The notes: generated by a model from the sequence alone, not told the origin. Shown: positions 9,180 to 18,984, numbered from the stretch's first letter. The stretch: 64,000 bases of DNA from Eubacteriales bacterium (GCA_045541455.1 JAZQJA010000019.1:22387-86386); one strand, 5' to 3'. Numbers and translations: made by a program.

Positions 9180-10088
9180 GTGAAAAATAAACTTAAACTG
9201 TTTACAGTATTAATATTAATAGCCGCGTTGTTGCTATGCTCTTGCCAAAAAACAAAAGAAAATCCTAAACTCCTTTTAAAACTTAAAGAGCAATACCCAA
9301 ATGCCCAGATAGTGTCTGCGGGAGATGTGTATAATGTTACAGAAACAGTGTCAATAACGGGTCTTGAAAAACAAGAAGCTTCTATAGTTGATTATATGAT
9401 TTTTGATGATTATGAATCTTTTGAGCAAGCATGTATAATTCCATCCAAAACTCTTATTTTCAAGGGCAAAAGAACGGACGTAGTTAAACAGACTATACCT
9501 ATATCTATAACACACGCTGTTATGGAAGGTCAGCCGAAAGCGGAAATGCAAATAGAGGTTATTGAAGCGTATTACGGTGATGTAAATGCAGGAGATTTTG
9601 TAACTTATACAGATTTCTTTTATGTTACAGAAAATAAAGACGGTAAAAGAGTTATTGTTTCTCACGGTGCAAAAATTCCCGACGAGGGCGAGCTTATATA
9701 TATTTTATATCTTTATGGAAAGCCTGATGATAGTAAAAAAGTATATTGTAATGCATACGGGCTGCTTCGTCCTTTGGCGATTGAAATATATGAAAATGCT
9801 AATCAACAGAATTTTATCTTGTCAAATGTATACAAAAAATATATTTTAAGTAACGAGGCTGCGTCTGACAAAACGTCGCTTGCCATAAAAGAACTCCAGT
9901 GGCAAAGAGAACTTGCAAGTCGTAGGACTGGGTTTAAAAACAAAAGAATTGTTTCAAAGTGCGATAAAGTTTTGGCGCTTGAAAATCCAACACAAACTCA
10001 GCTTATGGAGGCTTTACCTGAAGCAGAACGAGAAATTATTAACAGACTTGTAGAAAAATACAGCAAAAAAACACCAAATACAAATTAA
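9180..10088 (+). CDS. lipoprotein of unknown function (family member 2)
   Basis: GTG after AAAGGAG; lipobox LCSC; aligns full length with 6750-7637. Confidence 0.8.
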   Translation: MKNKLKLFTVLILIAALLLCSCQKTKENPKLLLKLKEQYPNAQIVSAGDVYNVTETVSITGLEKQEASIVDYMIFDDYESFEQACIIPSKTLIFKGKRTDVVKQTIPISITHAVMEGQPKAEMQIEVIEAYYGDVNAGDFVTYTDFFYVTENKDGKRVIVSHGAKIPDEGELIYILYLYGKPDDSKKVYCNAYGLLRPLAIEIYENANQQNFILSNVYKKYILSNEAASDKTSLAIKELQWQRELASRRTGFKNKRIVSKCDKVLALENPTQTQLMEALPEAEREIINRLVEKYSKKTPNTN

Positions 10089-10110
10089 GTGCCATAAAGG
10101 AGTGATAAGA

Positions 10111-11025
10111 GTGAAAAACATATTTAAATCGTTTGTTGCTATACTGTTAATGCTTTTACTGTTCTTATCCTCTTGTGAATCTAAAGTGCCAAGCAGTCTT
10201 AAAGAAAAATATCCTAATTCTTTAATAGAAAAAGAATTATGGGGATATTCGGTAGTTTCCAAATTTGATAATTTTGACTGGCTTGAAATTACAGATGTTA
10301 ATACATCTGCAGGCAGTATAGACCGTAGGGTTTATGAAAGTTTTGATGAAATATATTCTGAATATTCAGCCGTGTCTACCAAAGTTTTTTTGGGTAAAAA
10401 AACAGGAGAGTCAAAGCAGTATATACCTATAGATAAAACAGATTATGTAAATGGGATATATTTTACTGAAAGTGTTGTAGAAGTAATCGAACCGTATTTT
10501 GGGGATATTACAACCGGACAAAAATTAATTTACAGAGAATTGTTTGCTGTATTTGCTGATGAAAACGGAAATAAAAAGATTAATGGTGTAGAAAAACCTG
10601 TAGGAGATGAAGAAAGAATTTTCGTTGTGGGAGCGTCAGGAAATGCTGAGCTATATGAAAACGAAGCACAGCACCTTTCTATAGATGGACCGTATTATAC
10701 CGATATATCGAAATATGAAAACTTAAACCGTGAACTGTATAGAAGTGAAGTGATAGCCAAAGCGTTTATAGAAAAATATTATATAAACAAAGATACTGCA
10801 GTTGATAAGGTACAACTTGCAAAATATATAGCTCATCGTAAAAAAGAAAGTATAAAAAAGAAAATTGACACTTTATCTAAAGAGGAACTTTCAAAATATG
10901 AAATGTTAACTGATACTTTAAAAGAAGAAAATGCTACTTATTCACAACTTAAAGAGTTTCTTACAGACAAAGAAGTGGAGTCTATTGAAAATATTGCAAA
11001 AAGGTACGGCGAAATAAAAAAGTGA
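10111..11025 (+). CDS. lipoprotein of unknown function (family member 3, divergent)
   Basis: GTG after AGGAG; lipobox LSSC; shared motifs LKEKYPN, VFLGKKT, VEVIEPYFGD, EKYYI. Confidence 0.75.
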   Translation: MKNIFKSFVAILLMLLLFLSSCESKVPSSLKEKYPNSLIEKELWGYSVVSKFDNFDWLEITDVNTSAGSIDRRVYESFDEIYSEYSAVSTKVFLGKKTGESKQYIPIDKTDYVNGIYFTESVVEVIEPYFGDITTGQKLIYRELFAVFADENGNKKINGVEKPVGDEERIFVVGASGNAELYENEAQHLSIDGPYYTDISKYENLNRELYRSEVIAKAFIEKYYINKDTAVDKVQLAKYIAHRKKESIKKKIDTLSKEELSKYEMLTDTLKEENATYSQLKEFLTDKEVESIENIAKRYGEIKK

Positions 11026-11400
11026 GATGCTTGCGAGACTTCTCATAAGGAAGTCTCGCAGTTTTATTCGCCAAAGGCGAGTGATATTGCTTCGCAGTTA
11101 TATGATGCTTTCGCATCGTGATATTGTCCTACGGACAGTTTTTAGGGCGAATAAAATATCACTGCGACCAGAGGGAGTAATATCACTTTCACAAAGTGAA
11201 AATATCACTCTTTGCACAGCAAAGAATATCACTTATCTTTCTTGTTTGTTGTTAAAAGGGTTTGGGTATCACCCAAAAAGAAGCATTTGTACTTACAAAT
11301 GCGATGCTGGTTCTTTCCGATAAGCATAAGAAAAGCCTCGATGAATTTCATCGAGGCTTTAATCATCCTTATGAGAAGCACCCTTTTGCATCTCACTTTT
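11018..11400. repeat. structured non-coding element with inverted ends and internal hairpin arrays (MITE/REP-like or ncRNA)
   Basis: AAAAGTGAGATGC..CTTCTCATAAGGA at left mirrored by TCCTTATGAGAAG..GCATCTCACTTTT at right; GT(G/T)(A/T)TAT(T/G)+hairpin x4 then AATATCAC x4. Confidence 0.8.
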
Positions 11401-11404
11401 AAAT

Positions 11405-12448
11405 TTACGGACGGTATTTATTTACTATCTCAAGCATTTTATCTTTGTTTTGTTCCATTTCGTACACAAGTTTTAACTGTGTATGACAGCGGTCGAGATT
11501 ATGCTCGGGATATGCTGTTTTAAAGTATGTATCACCGTCAAGATAGTCGGTTAAAAACCTAACACCGCATTCGTATGTCATCATAATTGCGCCGTGCGGT
11601 AAAAGTTTAATTTCGTCATCGGTAAGAGCGTTACCCACACCCTCGAAATAGCCTTTGACATACGCTTCAAAAAGGTCTAGTGAAAAGTGCACTTTGTCAA
11701 GGTCTTTTTCGTCCTCTTTGGCGGTTGATGCACCAAAACGGATAGCGTCGCCAAAATCGTTAATCGAAAGGCCGGGCATTACGGTATCAAGGTCAATAAC
11801 GCAAGCGCCCTTGCCTGTTTTCTCATCAAGCAAAACATTGTTAAGTTTTGTGTCGTTGTGGGTTACGCGAAGCGGTAAAACAACACCCGTTTCAATATCC
11901 TTTTCACGAGCAAGACAAAACTCAATTTCTTTTAAAACGCTGTCTTTTCTGCCGGCTTTGTTAGCCTTCACCGCATTTTTCAGGTTTGAAAGACGCCACA
12001 TTGTATTGTGAAAGTCTTTAATTGTTTCGTTTAATGTATCAACGGGGAAACCTGCAAGTTTTTTCTGAAAACTGCCGAATGCAACGGCACTTTCATAAAA
12101 ATCATCAGCGTTTCTTGCACTGTCAAGCGCGATAACATTATCAATGTAAACAGACAGTCTGTAACAACCGCTGTCGCACTTAAAGTACTTTTTACCGTCT
12201 TTTGTGCGTACATACACAATAGTTTTATCGTTTGGATAATTTGCTTTAAGATACTCTGTTACAGCAAATAAGTTATCCATAAGTTCGTCGGGGTTTTTGA
12301 AAACATTGGTGTTGATTTTTTGAAAGGTGTACTTTTCACAGCAGGTTTCAACAAGACAGGTGTCGTTGATGTGACCGTTGCCGAGCGGGGAAATGCTTTT
12401 GATTTCACCTTTCAAATCAAACTGTTTTAAAATATCTCTTACTTCCAT
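11405..12448 (-). CDS. APH/choline-kinase-fold sugar kinase (N-acetylhexosamine 1-kinase-like)
   Basis: GNGHINDT, QKINTNVF, THNDTKLNN, IDLDTVMPG, RFLTDYL. Confidence 0.8.
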   Translation of the reverse strand: MEVRDILKQFDLKGEIKSISPLGNGHINDTCLVETCCEKYTFQKINTNVFKNPDELMDNLFAVTEYLKANYPNDKTIVYVRTKDGKKYFKCDSGCYRLSVYIDNVIALDSARNADDFYESAVAFGSFQKKLAGFPVDTLNETIKDFHNTMWRLSNLKNAVKANKAGRKDSVLKEIEFCLAREKDIETGVVLPLRVTHNDTKLNNVLLDEKTGKGACVIDLDTVMPGLSINDFGDAIRFGASTAKEDEKDLDKVHFSLDLFEAYVKGYFEGVGNALTDDEIKLLPHGAIMMTYECGVRFLTDYLDGDTYFKTAYPEHNLDRCHTQLKLVYEMEQNKDKMLEIVNKYRP

Positions 12449-13356
12449 AATATATCGGGATATACTCCGTTGTCCTTTAAAGATTGAATGCCTGCAGCAA
12501 CCTTGGGTTTATCTTCGGCATAAGTAACACCGTACCATTTGTCTGGTGTGTTGAGCACGTCGACCTCGGCTATACCGTCTTTTAACATACCGTCAACGGC
12601 AAAAGGAAGGAAAAATTCACCTTTAAGCGGGTTTGTCTTAGCGGTTTCATCAAGAAAAGCAGGGAATCTTCTTTCAAGCTCATTTATGAAGTCGCTGTCA
12701 TAACCCCACATATTCATCGAAGCCACACTGTCACCGGGCAGTGAAACATAAGTTTTACCGTCGTCTTCGGTGTATTTTGCGTTTTCACCGTCAATTTCGA
12801 TATGAGTGCGCTCGTCAATTTTTTTGAGTTTACCGTCTTCTACAACACAGATACCGCGTGAAACATAACCGTTGTCGGTAAGTGTGTTTGAAAGTCTGTA
12901 ACCGATAAGCGCGATTGAGTGTTTGTCCGATTTTTTGTCGGTTGTAAGGTAGTCATAAACAACTTTGTATGCTGTAGGACCGTAATAGTCGTCAGAGTTA
13001 ATAACAGCAAACGGGCCGTCGATAACATCTTTACAACAAAGGATGGCGTGAGCGGTGCCCCACGGTTTTACACGGCCTTCGGGAACGCTGTAGCCCTTGG
13101 GAAGTTTGTCAAGTTCCTGATAAACATAATCAACTTTAATATACTTTGAAATTCTGTCACCAATGGAATCTTTAAACTCCTTTTCAATTTCATGCTTGAT
13201 AACAAAAACAACCTTTTCAAAGCCTGCTTTTATTGCATCGTAAATTGAAAAGTCAATAATAAGGTTTCCGTGGCTGTCAATGGGGTCGATTTGTTTAAGA
13301 CCGCCGTAACGGCTGCCCATGCCTGCCGCCATAACTACAAGTGTCGGTTTTGCCAT
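12439..13356 (-). CDS. sugar-phosphate nucleotidyltransferase
   Basis: MAAGMGSRYGGLKQ, KPWGTAHA, VINSDDYYG. Confidence 0.85.
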   Translation of the reverse strand: MAKPTLVVMAAGMGSRYGGLKQIDPIDSHGNLIIDFSIYDAIKAGFEKVVFVIKHEIEKEFKDSIGDRISKYIKVDYVYQELDKLPKGYSVPEGRVKPWGTAHAILCCKDVIDGPFAVINSDDYYGPTAYKVVYDYLTTDKKSDKHSIALIGYRLSNTLTDNGYVSRGICVVEDGKLKKIDERTHIEIDGENAKYTEDDGKTYVSLPGDSVASMNMWGYDSDFINELERRFPAFLDETAKTNPLKGEFFLPFAVDGMLKDGIAEVDVLNTPDKWYGVTYAEDKPKVAAGIQSLKDNGVYPDILWK

Positions 13357-13514
13357 GATAAATATCTCCTTTTTAGGTTATTTATTATGTCTTTATTATA
13401 CCACGCACTTTTTTCAATTACAACAACAAAAACCTTTATTATACAAATAAAGACCTATCTTGTTGACTTTGAATTTTAAAGTTGTTATAATCATACTTTA
13501 AGGAAGTGATATTT

Positions 13515-14060
13515 ATGGCTATTATAGGCGGTCTTAACAGCGTGCCCGACGTTAAGGTGCTTGTTCTTTATATTTTAAACTATGCAGGCATCCCCCTTTC
13601 AAAAGATAATATTATAAACATTGGGCTTGATGCAGGCACCGCGGCATATTTTGATTTGGCGCAGGCAATTGATGAAATGTTGATTACAGGCCTTATTGAT
13701 ATAACATCTACAAAAACGCCCGACATTTTGCGTATAACGGAAATGGGCAGACAAACGCTTTTGATGTTTGAAAAAACATTACCGCACAGTATCCGCCGTA
13801 AAAACCAGTCGGCACTTTTAAAACTGCTTGCGGATATTGAGCGCAGTAAAAGCGTAAAAAGCGATATTATTAAAAAACAAAACGGCTATGAAGCGGTGTG
13901 CACTCTGCTTGACGGTGAGGACACCTTGCTGGAATACCGCTTGTTTGTTCCCACTCAAATTCAGGCACAAATGGTGGTTGACCAGTTTACCAAAAACCCA
14001 ACAGACAAGTATAAAAATATTTTGCAACTTTTAATAGACGAAAAACTTTTTGAGGAATAA
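13515..14060 (+). CDS. DUF4364-like winged-helix protein
   Basis: KVLVLYILN...YFDLAQAI...ITEMG and VPT..QA pattern of this clostridial family. Confidence 0.65.
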   Translation: MAIIGGLNSVPDVKVLVLYILNYAGIPLSKDNIINIGLDAGTAAYFDLAQAIDEMLITGLIDITSTKTPDILRITEMGRQTLLMFEKTLPHSIRRKNQSALLKLLADIERSKSVKSDIIKKQNGYEAVCTLLDGEDTLLEYRLFVPTQIQAQMVVDQFTKNPTDKYKNILQLLIDEKLFEE

Positions 14061-14062
14061 AA

Positions 14063-14566
14063 ATGAACAGAGTCCGTAACTTTTTAATATGCATCGGCGT
14101 GGCACTTGTGTGCGTGTGTGCTTATCTTTTGGTGTCGGTTTTAACAAAATCGCCAGAGCCGGCGCTTGATTTTAGCGCTGCAACCGCATCGGGAGAGGTT
14201 ATCTCCCTTTCCGATAACTTTCAAAAACGCGCTACAGTTTTAATTTTTATCGACCCTGAGGTCGAAGGCTCACTTTTAGTGCTTGATAAAGTTATGCAAA
14301 ATGCAGGTGCGGCAGAGGTTTTGGCAATCTCGGTAAGTTCGTTGCCGGTAGATGAACAGAAAAAACTTTTAAACGAAAAAGCGCTCGCTTTGAACAAACT
14401 GTGCTTTGAAGGAAGCGAAGCAATTGAAACTTATAACATCGGCAACGCACCGATAACTTATTTTATAGACATTGACGGTCTTGTTCAAAACGCTTTTGTC
14501 GGCAATATCAAAGAAGAAACAATTGTAAAATATATAGAAAAAATAACAGAGAAATCCGCAAATTAA
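14063..14566 (+). CDS. membrane-anchored TlpA/redoxin-fold protein lacking CxxC
   Basis: N-terminal TM, PALDFS...ISLSD, YNIGNAPITYFIDIDG. Confidence 0.7.
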   Translation: MNRVRNFLICIGVALVCVCAYLLVSVLTKSPEPALDFSAATASGEVISLSDNFQKRATVLIFIDPEVEGSLLVLDKVMQNAGAAEVLAISVSSLPVDEQKKLLNEKALALNKLCFEGSEAIETYNIGNAPITYFIDIDGLVQNAFVGNIKEETIVKYIEKITEKSAN

Positions 14567-14586
14567 CTGCGGATTTCTTATCTTTT
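14550..14586 (+). terminator. intrinsic terminator
   Basis: AGAAATCCGCA-loop-TGCGGATTTCT followed by T-rich tract. Confidence 0.7.
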
Positions 14587-14590
14587 TATA

Positions 14591-14628
14591 TTGACTTTTA
14601 CGCATTAGCGTGTTATCATACTAAAGTA
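14591..14628 (+). promoter_or_regulatory. his operon promoter with overlapping putative TrpR-family (HisR) operator
   Basis: TTGACT-17 bp-TATCAT with TG extension; TTA-N6-TAAAGT site over the -10. Confidence 0.6.
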
Positions 14629-14653
14629 AAACATAAAAACGGAGAGAGTAATT

Positions 14654-14935
14654 ATGGATATTTTTCATACAGAGGGTGGCGAGCTTTTAATAAAAGCGTT
14701 ACTGTCGCTTGAAAATGAGCAGGAATGTATAGATTTTTTAGAGGACCTTTTAACCACAAAAGAAATGCTTGATATGTCACAGCGAATGGTTGTTGCAAAA
14801 CTTTTGTCGGAAGACAATGTGTATAACAAAATAGTTGCACAAACGGGGGCGAGTTCTGCCACCGTTACCCGCGTAAACCGTAGTTATAAATATGGTAACG
14901 GCGGTTATAAAAAAGTATTATCGAGGATTAAATAG
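14654..14935 (+). CDS. TrpR-like YerC/YecD protein, probable his repressor
   Basis: FLEDLLT, SQR, TGASSATVTRVNR, YGNGGY; first gene of his operon. Confidence 0.85.
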   Translation: MDIFHTEGGELLIKALLSLENEQECIDFLEDLLTTKEMLDMSQRMVVAKLLSEDNVYNKIVAQTGASSATVTRVNRSYKYGNGGYKKVLSRIK

Positions 14936-14937
14936 AA

Positions 14938-16011
14938 ATGCAAAACAGTTTTTTAAGGCCGTCGGAAAAGGCGGTGTATGACCTTCGTGCGCTTTACCGC
15001 ACATACGGTTACAGATATTATAAAGTAAGCCGTTTTGAAGAGTATGATTTATATGCGAAAAACAAAAGTTTTCTTGCTGATAAAAACGTACTCACCTTTA
15101 CTGATACTGACGGACGGCTTATGGCGTTAAAGCCCGACGTTACGCTGTCCATTATAAAAAATACCGATGTTATGTCGGGAATGCAAAAGGTGTTTTATAA
15201 CGAGCAGGTTTACCGCACAAACGGCGGCGGATTTTGTGAAATTATGCAAACGGGGCTGGAATGTATAGGTGATATTGACTTATACTCTACAGCCGAGGTA
15301 ATAAACCTTGCCTATAAAAGCCTTGAACTTATAAACGAAGATTTCATAATAGATTTGTCGCACATGGGCTTTGTTTTGGGGCTTGTTTCAAACCTCACGC
15401 AAGACGAGTCGGTGTCGCGCCGACTTACAAATGCGGTAAGTGACAAAAACACAGCCGAAATACAGGCAGTGTGTCAGAAAATCGGGGCAGACCCCAAACC
15501 GCTTTGCACATTGGCAATGCTTTACGGTACATCTGAATATTGCCTTGACCAAATGAAACAGCTTATTGTAAATGATAAAATGCAAAGTGCGTGGCAAGAA
15601 CTTTATGACATAACCGAAATTTTAAAGCAACAGGGTATTTATAAAAATATCCGCCTTGACTTTTCAGTTATAAACGATATGAGATACTATAACGGCATTA
15701 TTTTCCGCGGCTTTATAAATGGAGTATGGGGCAGCGTGCTTTCGGGCGGAAGATATGATAATCTTATGCTGTGTATGGGCAAAAACTGCGGCGCAATTGG
15801 TTTTGCGGTGTATCTTGATAAACTTGACAGACTGCTTATGCAAAAAAGCGAAACTGATGTTGATATACTTCTTGTTTATGAAAAAGGCACTCCACCGGTT
15901 GTTGTTGCAAAAGAGGTGCAAAAATTGTCACAGGGTAATAAAACCGTGCGTGCCCAGTGCGGCGAAAAGACAGACTTGCGTGTCGGCACCGTCATAAAAA
16001 TGGAGGTGTAA
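14938..16011 (+). CDS. hisZ: ATP phosphoribosyltransferase regulatory subunit
   Basis: ALKPDVTLSI, QTGLECIG, YYNGIIF, SGGRYD. Confidence 0.9.
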   Translation: MQNSFLRPSEKAVYDLRALYRTYGYRYYKVSRFEEYDLYAKNKSFLADKNVLTFTDTDGRLMALKPDVTLSIIKNTDVMSGMQKVFYNEQVYRTNGGGFCEIMQTGLECIGDIDLYSTAEVINLAYKSLELINEDFIIDLSHMGFVLGLVSNLTQDESVSRRLTNAVSDKNTAEIQAVCQKIGADPKPLCTLAMLYGTSEYCLDQMKQLIVNDKMQSAWQELYDITEILKQQGIYKNIRLDFSVINDMRYYNGIIFRGFINGVWGSVLSGGRYDNLMLCMGKNCGAIGFAVYLDKLDRLLMQKSETDVDILLVYEKGTPPVVVAKEVQKLSQGNKTVRAQCGEKTDLRVGTVIKMEV

Positions 16012-16014
16012 GCG

Positions 16015-16650
16015 ATGACAGATAAATTTATAAATGTCGCTTTGCCAAAAGGCAGGCTGGGTGAAAAAGCATACTCCATTTTTGAAAAAGCAGGGCTTGA
16101 ATGTCCATCTATTAAAGAAGAAAACCGCAAACTCATTTTTGAAAATATCGAAAAAGGTGTTCGTTATTTTTGGGTAAAACCGTCAGATGTCGCAATTTAT
16201 GTAGAAAAAGGTGCGGCAGATGTGGGTGTGTGCGGTAAGGATATTTTGTCAGAATACTCGCCCGATGTTTACGAACTGTGCGACCTTGGTATCGGCAAAT
16301 GCAAAATGGCGGTGGCTTCAAAGCGTGATTTTCGCGATAATCCCGAAATGGCGCTGCGCGTTGCAACAAAGTTTCCCAATATTGCAAAACGCTATTACTC
16401 CGATAAAAGCCGTGAAATTGAAATAATAAAACTAAACGGTTCAATCGAACTTGCACCCCTTTTAAATCTTTCAGATGTAATTGTCGATATTGTCGAAACG
16501 GGTAAAACTTTACTTGAAAACGACCTTGTTCCGTTTGAAACTGTTGAGCAAATAAGTGCTCGGCTTATTTCAAACAAGGTAAGTTACAAATTTAAAAACA
16601 AAGAGATTACACAACTTTTAGAAAAGGTTAACCAAATTTGCAAGGACTGA
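16015..16650 (+). CDS. hisG: ATP phosphoribosyltransferase (short form)
   Basis: ALPKGRL, ATKFP, GSIELAP, DIVETGKTL. Confidence 0.95.
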   Translation: MTDKFINVALPKGRLGEKAYSIFEKAGLECPSIKEENRKLIFENIEKGVRYFWVKPSDVAIYVEKGAADVGVCGKDILSEYSPDVYELCDLGIGKCKMAVASKRDFRDNPEMALRVATKFPNIAKRYYSDKSREIEIIKLNGSIELAPLLNLSDVIVDIVETGKTLLENDLVPFETVEQISARLISNKVSYKFKNKEITQLLEKVNQICKD

Positions 16651-16654
16651 TAAA

Positions 16655-17932
16655 ATGATTAAAATAATTAACTATAGCGAAATGGATAAAAACGACCTCT
16701 TTATAAGAGACGTTGCCGTAACACAGGTTGGCGATATTGTGTCGGATATTATAAACGATGTCAAAGTGCGCGGGGACGCGGCACTTATTGACTATGCCAA
16801 AAAGTTTGATAAAGCAACGCTTGAGTGTGTTGAGGTAACTACCGCCGAAATCGAAACGGCTATGGCACAAGTTTCTCCTGAACTTATCCGCGTGCTTGAA
16901 ACGGCGGCAAATAATATTAAAGAATTTCATAAAAACCAGTTAAAAAGCGGGTTTATTTGTGAGCGCGGTGACGGCATTGTAACAGGTCAGCGCGTGTTGC
17001 CTATCGAGCGGGTGGGGCTTTACGTTCCCGGTGGCACAGCCGCTTATCCGTCATCAGTGCTTATGAACTGCGTTCCTGCAAAACTTGCAGGCTGTCCACT
17101 TATCGTTATGACAACACCGCCACTTGCAGACGGCACGGTAAACCCCAATATTCTCGCTGCTGCTAAAATTGCAGGCGTTGACAGAATTTTTAAAGCAGGC
17201 GGTGCGCAGGCGGTTGCCGCGCTTGCTTACGGTACGCAAACAGTGCCCTGCGTTGATAAAATTGTAGGTCCTGGCAATGCATTCGTTGCCGAGGCAAAAC
17301 GGCAGGTGTTTGGTAAAGTTGCAATTGATATGATTGCAGGACCGAGTGAAATACTTGTAGTTGCTGATAAAAACAGTAACCCCGCATTCGTTGCGGCAGA
17401 CTTGCTTTCGCAGGCAGAACACGACAAAATGGCATCGGCAGTACTGGTAACAGACAGTTTACAACTGGCGCGCGCTGTAAGCGAACAACTCGAAAAACAG
17501 ATACCAATGCTCTCACGCGCCGAAATTGCCCGTACATCTATTGATAATAACGGTAAAATTATTGTTGCAGACGATATCGTCTGTGCTGTGGACATTGCAA
17601 ACGAACTTGCACCCGAACATCTTGAAATTTGTACCGATTCTCCGTTTGACCTTTTACCTAAAATCAAAAATGCAGGCTCGGTATTTTTGGGTAGATACTG
17701 TCCCGAGGCTATCGGTGACTATTACTCAGGTGCAAACCATACTCTGCCTACAAGCGGTACGGCTCGTTTTTCAAGCCCCTTGTCAGTTGACGATTTCGTT
17801 AAAAAGACACAGTATACTTATTACACCAAAGACGCGCTTGAAAAGGTTTACCGCGATGTAGATATGTTTGCAAAAGCAGAAGGCCTTACAGCACACGCAA
17901 AAAGTGCAACCATTCGTTTTGAGGAGGAATAA
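16655..17932 (+). CDS. hisD: histidinol dehydrogenase
   Basis: GLYVPGG, GPGN, AGPSE, QAEHD, PEHL, NHTLPT. Confidence 0.95.
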   Translation: MIKIINYSEMDKNDLFIRDVAVTQVGDIVSDIINDVKVRGDAALIDYAKKFDKATLECVEVTTAEIETAMAQVSPELIRVLETAANNIKEFHKNQLKSGFICERGDGIVTGQRVLPIERVGLYVPGGTAAYPSSVLMNCVPAKLAGCPLIVMTTPPLADGTVNPNILAAAKIAGVDRIFKAGGAQAVAALAYGTQTVPCVDKIVGPGNAFVAEAKRQVFGKVAIDMIAGPSEILVVADKNSNPAFVAADLLSQAEHDKMASAVLVTDSLQLARAVSEQLEKQIPMLSRAEIARTSIDNNGKIIVADDIVCAVDIANELAPEHLEICTDSPFDLLPKIKNAGSVFLGRYCPEAIGDYYSGANHTLPTSGTARFSSPLSVDDFVKKTQYTYYTKDALEKVYRDVDMFAKAEGLTAHAKSATIRFEEE

Positions 17933-18984
17933 TGAGCAAGTTTTTATCATCAAGGCTTTGTTCACTTAAAGAATATGTACCCGGCGAACAGCCTACAGAT
18001 ATGAAATACATAAAACTCAATACCAATGAATCTCCGTTTATGCCCTCTCCCGAGGTTTTAAAGGCTGTGACAGAGGGTAGGGCAAAAAACCTTCAACTTT
18101 ATCCCGAACCCGATTGCACAAAACTGTGCATGGCGCTTGCAAAACGCTACGGTGTTGAAAAGGAAAATATAATTGTTGGCAACGGCTCTGACGAGATATT
18201 AAACTTTTGCTTTTTAGCATACTTTGATAAAAATTCGCCTGTTGTTTTTCCAAATATAACCTACGGCTTTTATAAGGTGTTTGGTGATCTTTACGGCTCT
18301 GACTATACAGAAATCCCGCTGACACACGACCTTTCTGTAGATATAAATGATTATATCGGTATAAATAAAAATATTGTGCTTGCTAACCCCAATGCACCAA
18401 GCGGTAAAGCGCTTGATAAAAAGGATATTGAGCGAATTATTGCATCAAACCCCGATAATATTGTATTAATCGACGAAGCGTATGTTGATTTCGGTGGACA
18501 AAGCGTTGCAGACCTTGTAAAAAAATATGACAATCTTATAGTTGTTATGACCTTTTCAAAATCGCGCTCGCTTGCCGGTGCACGTGTTGGATTTGCAATT
18601 GCAAACAGTAAACTTATTGGTGACCTTAACAGAATTAAATATTCAATAAACCCGTATAACATAAATTCAATGAGTCAACGCGCAGCACTTGCGGCGCTTG
18701 AAAGTGCACAGTATTACGATAATAACTGTAAAACAATAATTGAAACACGAGAGTTTTTTGTCAAAGAACTTGACAGACTCGGTTTTGAAACACTGCCTTC
18801 AAAAGCAAACTTTGTGTTTACTAAAAAAAGCGGTGTTTCGGGTTTTGAACTGTATACAAAACTTAAATCGCGCGGTATCCTTGTCCGTCATTTTGATAAG
18901 GAACCTATATCGGACTATCTAAGAATAACTATAGGTACAAAACAACAAATGATGGCACTTGTAAGTGCTTTGGAGGAATTATGA
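17932..18984 (+). CDS. hisC: histidinol-phosphate aminotransferase
   Basis: [33 protein letters not shown]. Confidence 0.95.
   Translation: MSKFLSSRLCSLKEYVPGEQPTDMKYIKLNTNESPFMPSPEVLKAVTEGRAKNLQLYPEPDCTKLCMALAKRYGVEKENIIVGNGSDEILNFCFLAYFDKNSPVVFPNITYGFYKVFGDLYGSDYTEIPLTHDLSVDINDYIGINKNIVLANPNAPSGKALDKKDIERIIASNPDNIVLIDEAYVDFGGQSVADLVKKYDNLIVVMTFSKSRSLAGARVGFAIANSKLIGDLNRIKYSINPYNINSMSQRAALAALESAQYYDNNCKTIIETREFFVKELDRLGFETLPSKANFVFTKKSGVSGFELYTKLKSRGILVRHFDKEPISDYLRITIGTKQQMMALVSALEEL

Noticed and set aside
7338-10070. Near-identical 3' blocks as a DGR template/variable repeat pair
   Set aside because: Differences are not adenine-specific (several T/C changes), both copies are coding, and no reverse transcriptase is in the window
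11061-11232. Repeat-spacer pattern suggesting a CRISPR array
   Set aside because: Repeats are only 8 nt, invert halfway, spacers are short self-complementary hairpins, and no cas genes are present
4880-11400. Integron cassette array
   Set aside because: No integron integrase, units have their own promoters, and no repeated attC-like site separates the genes
11027-11523. ORFs 11027-11323 and 11212-11523
   Set aside because: Translations of the palindromic element or antisense overlap with the kinase; no SD or protein-like features
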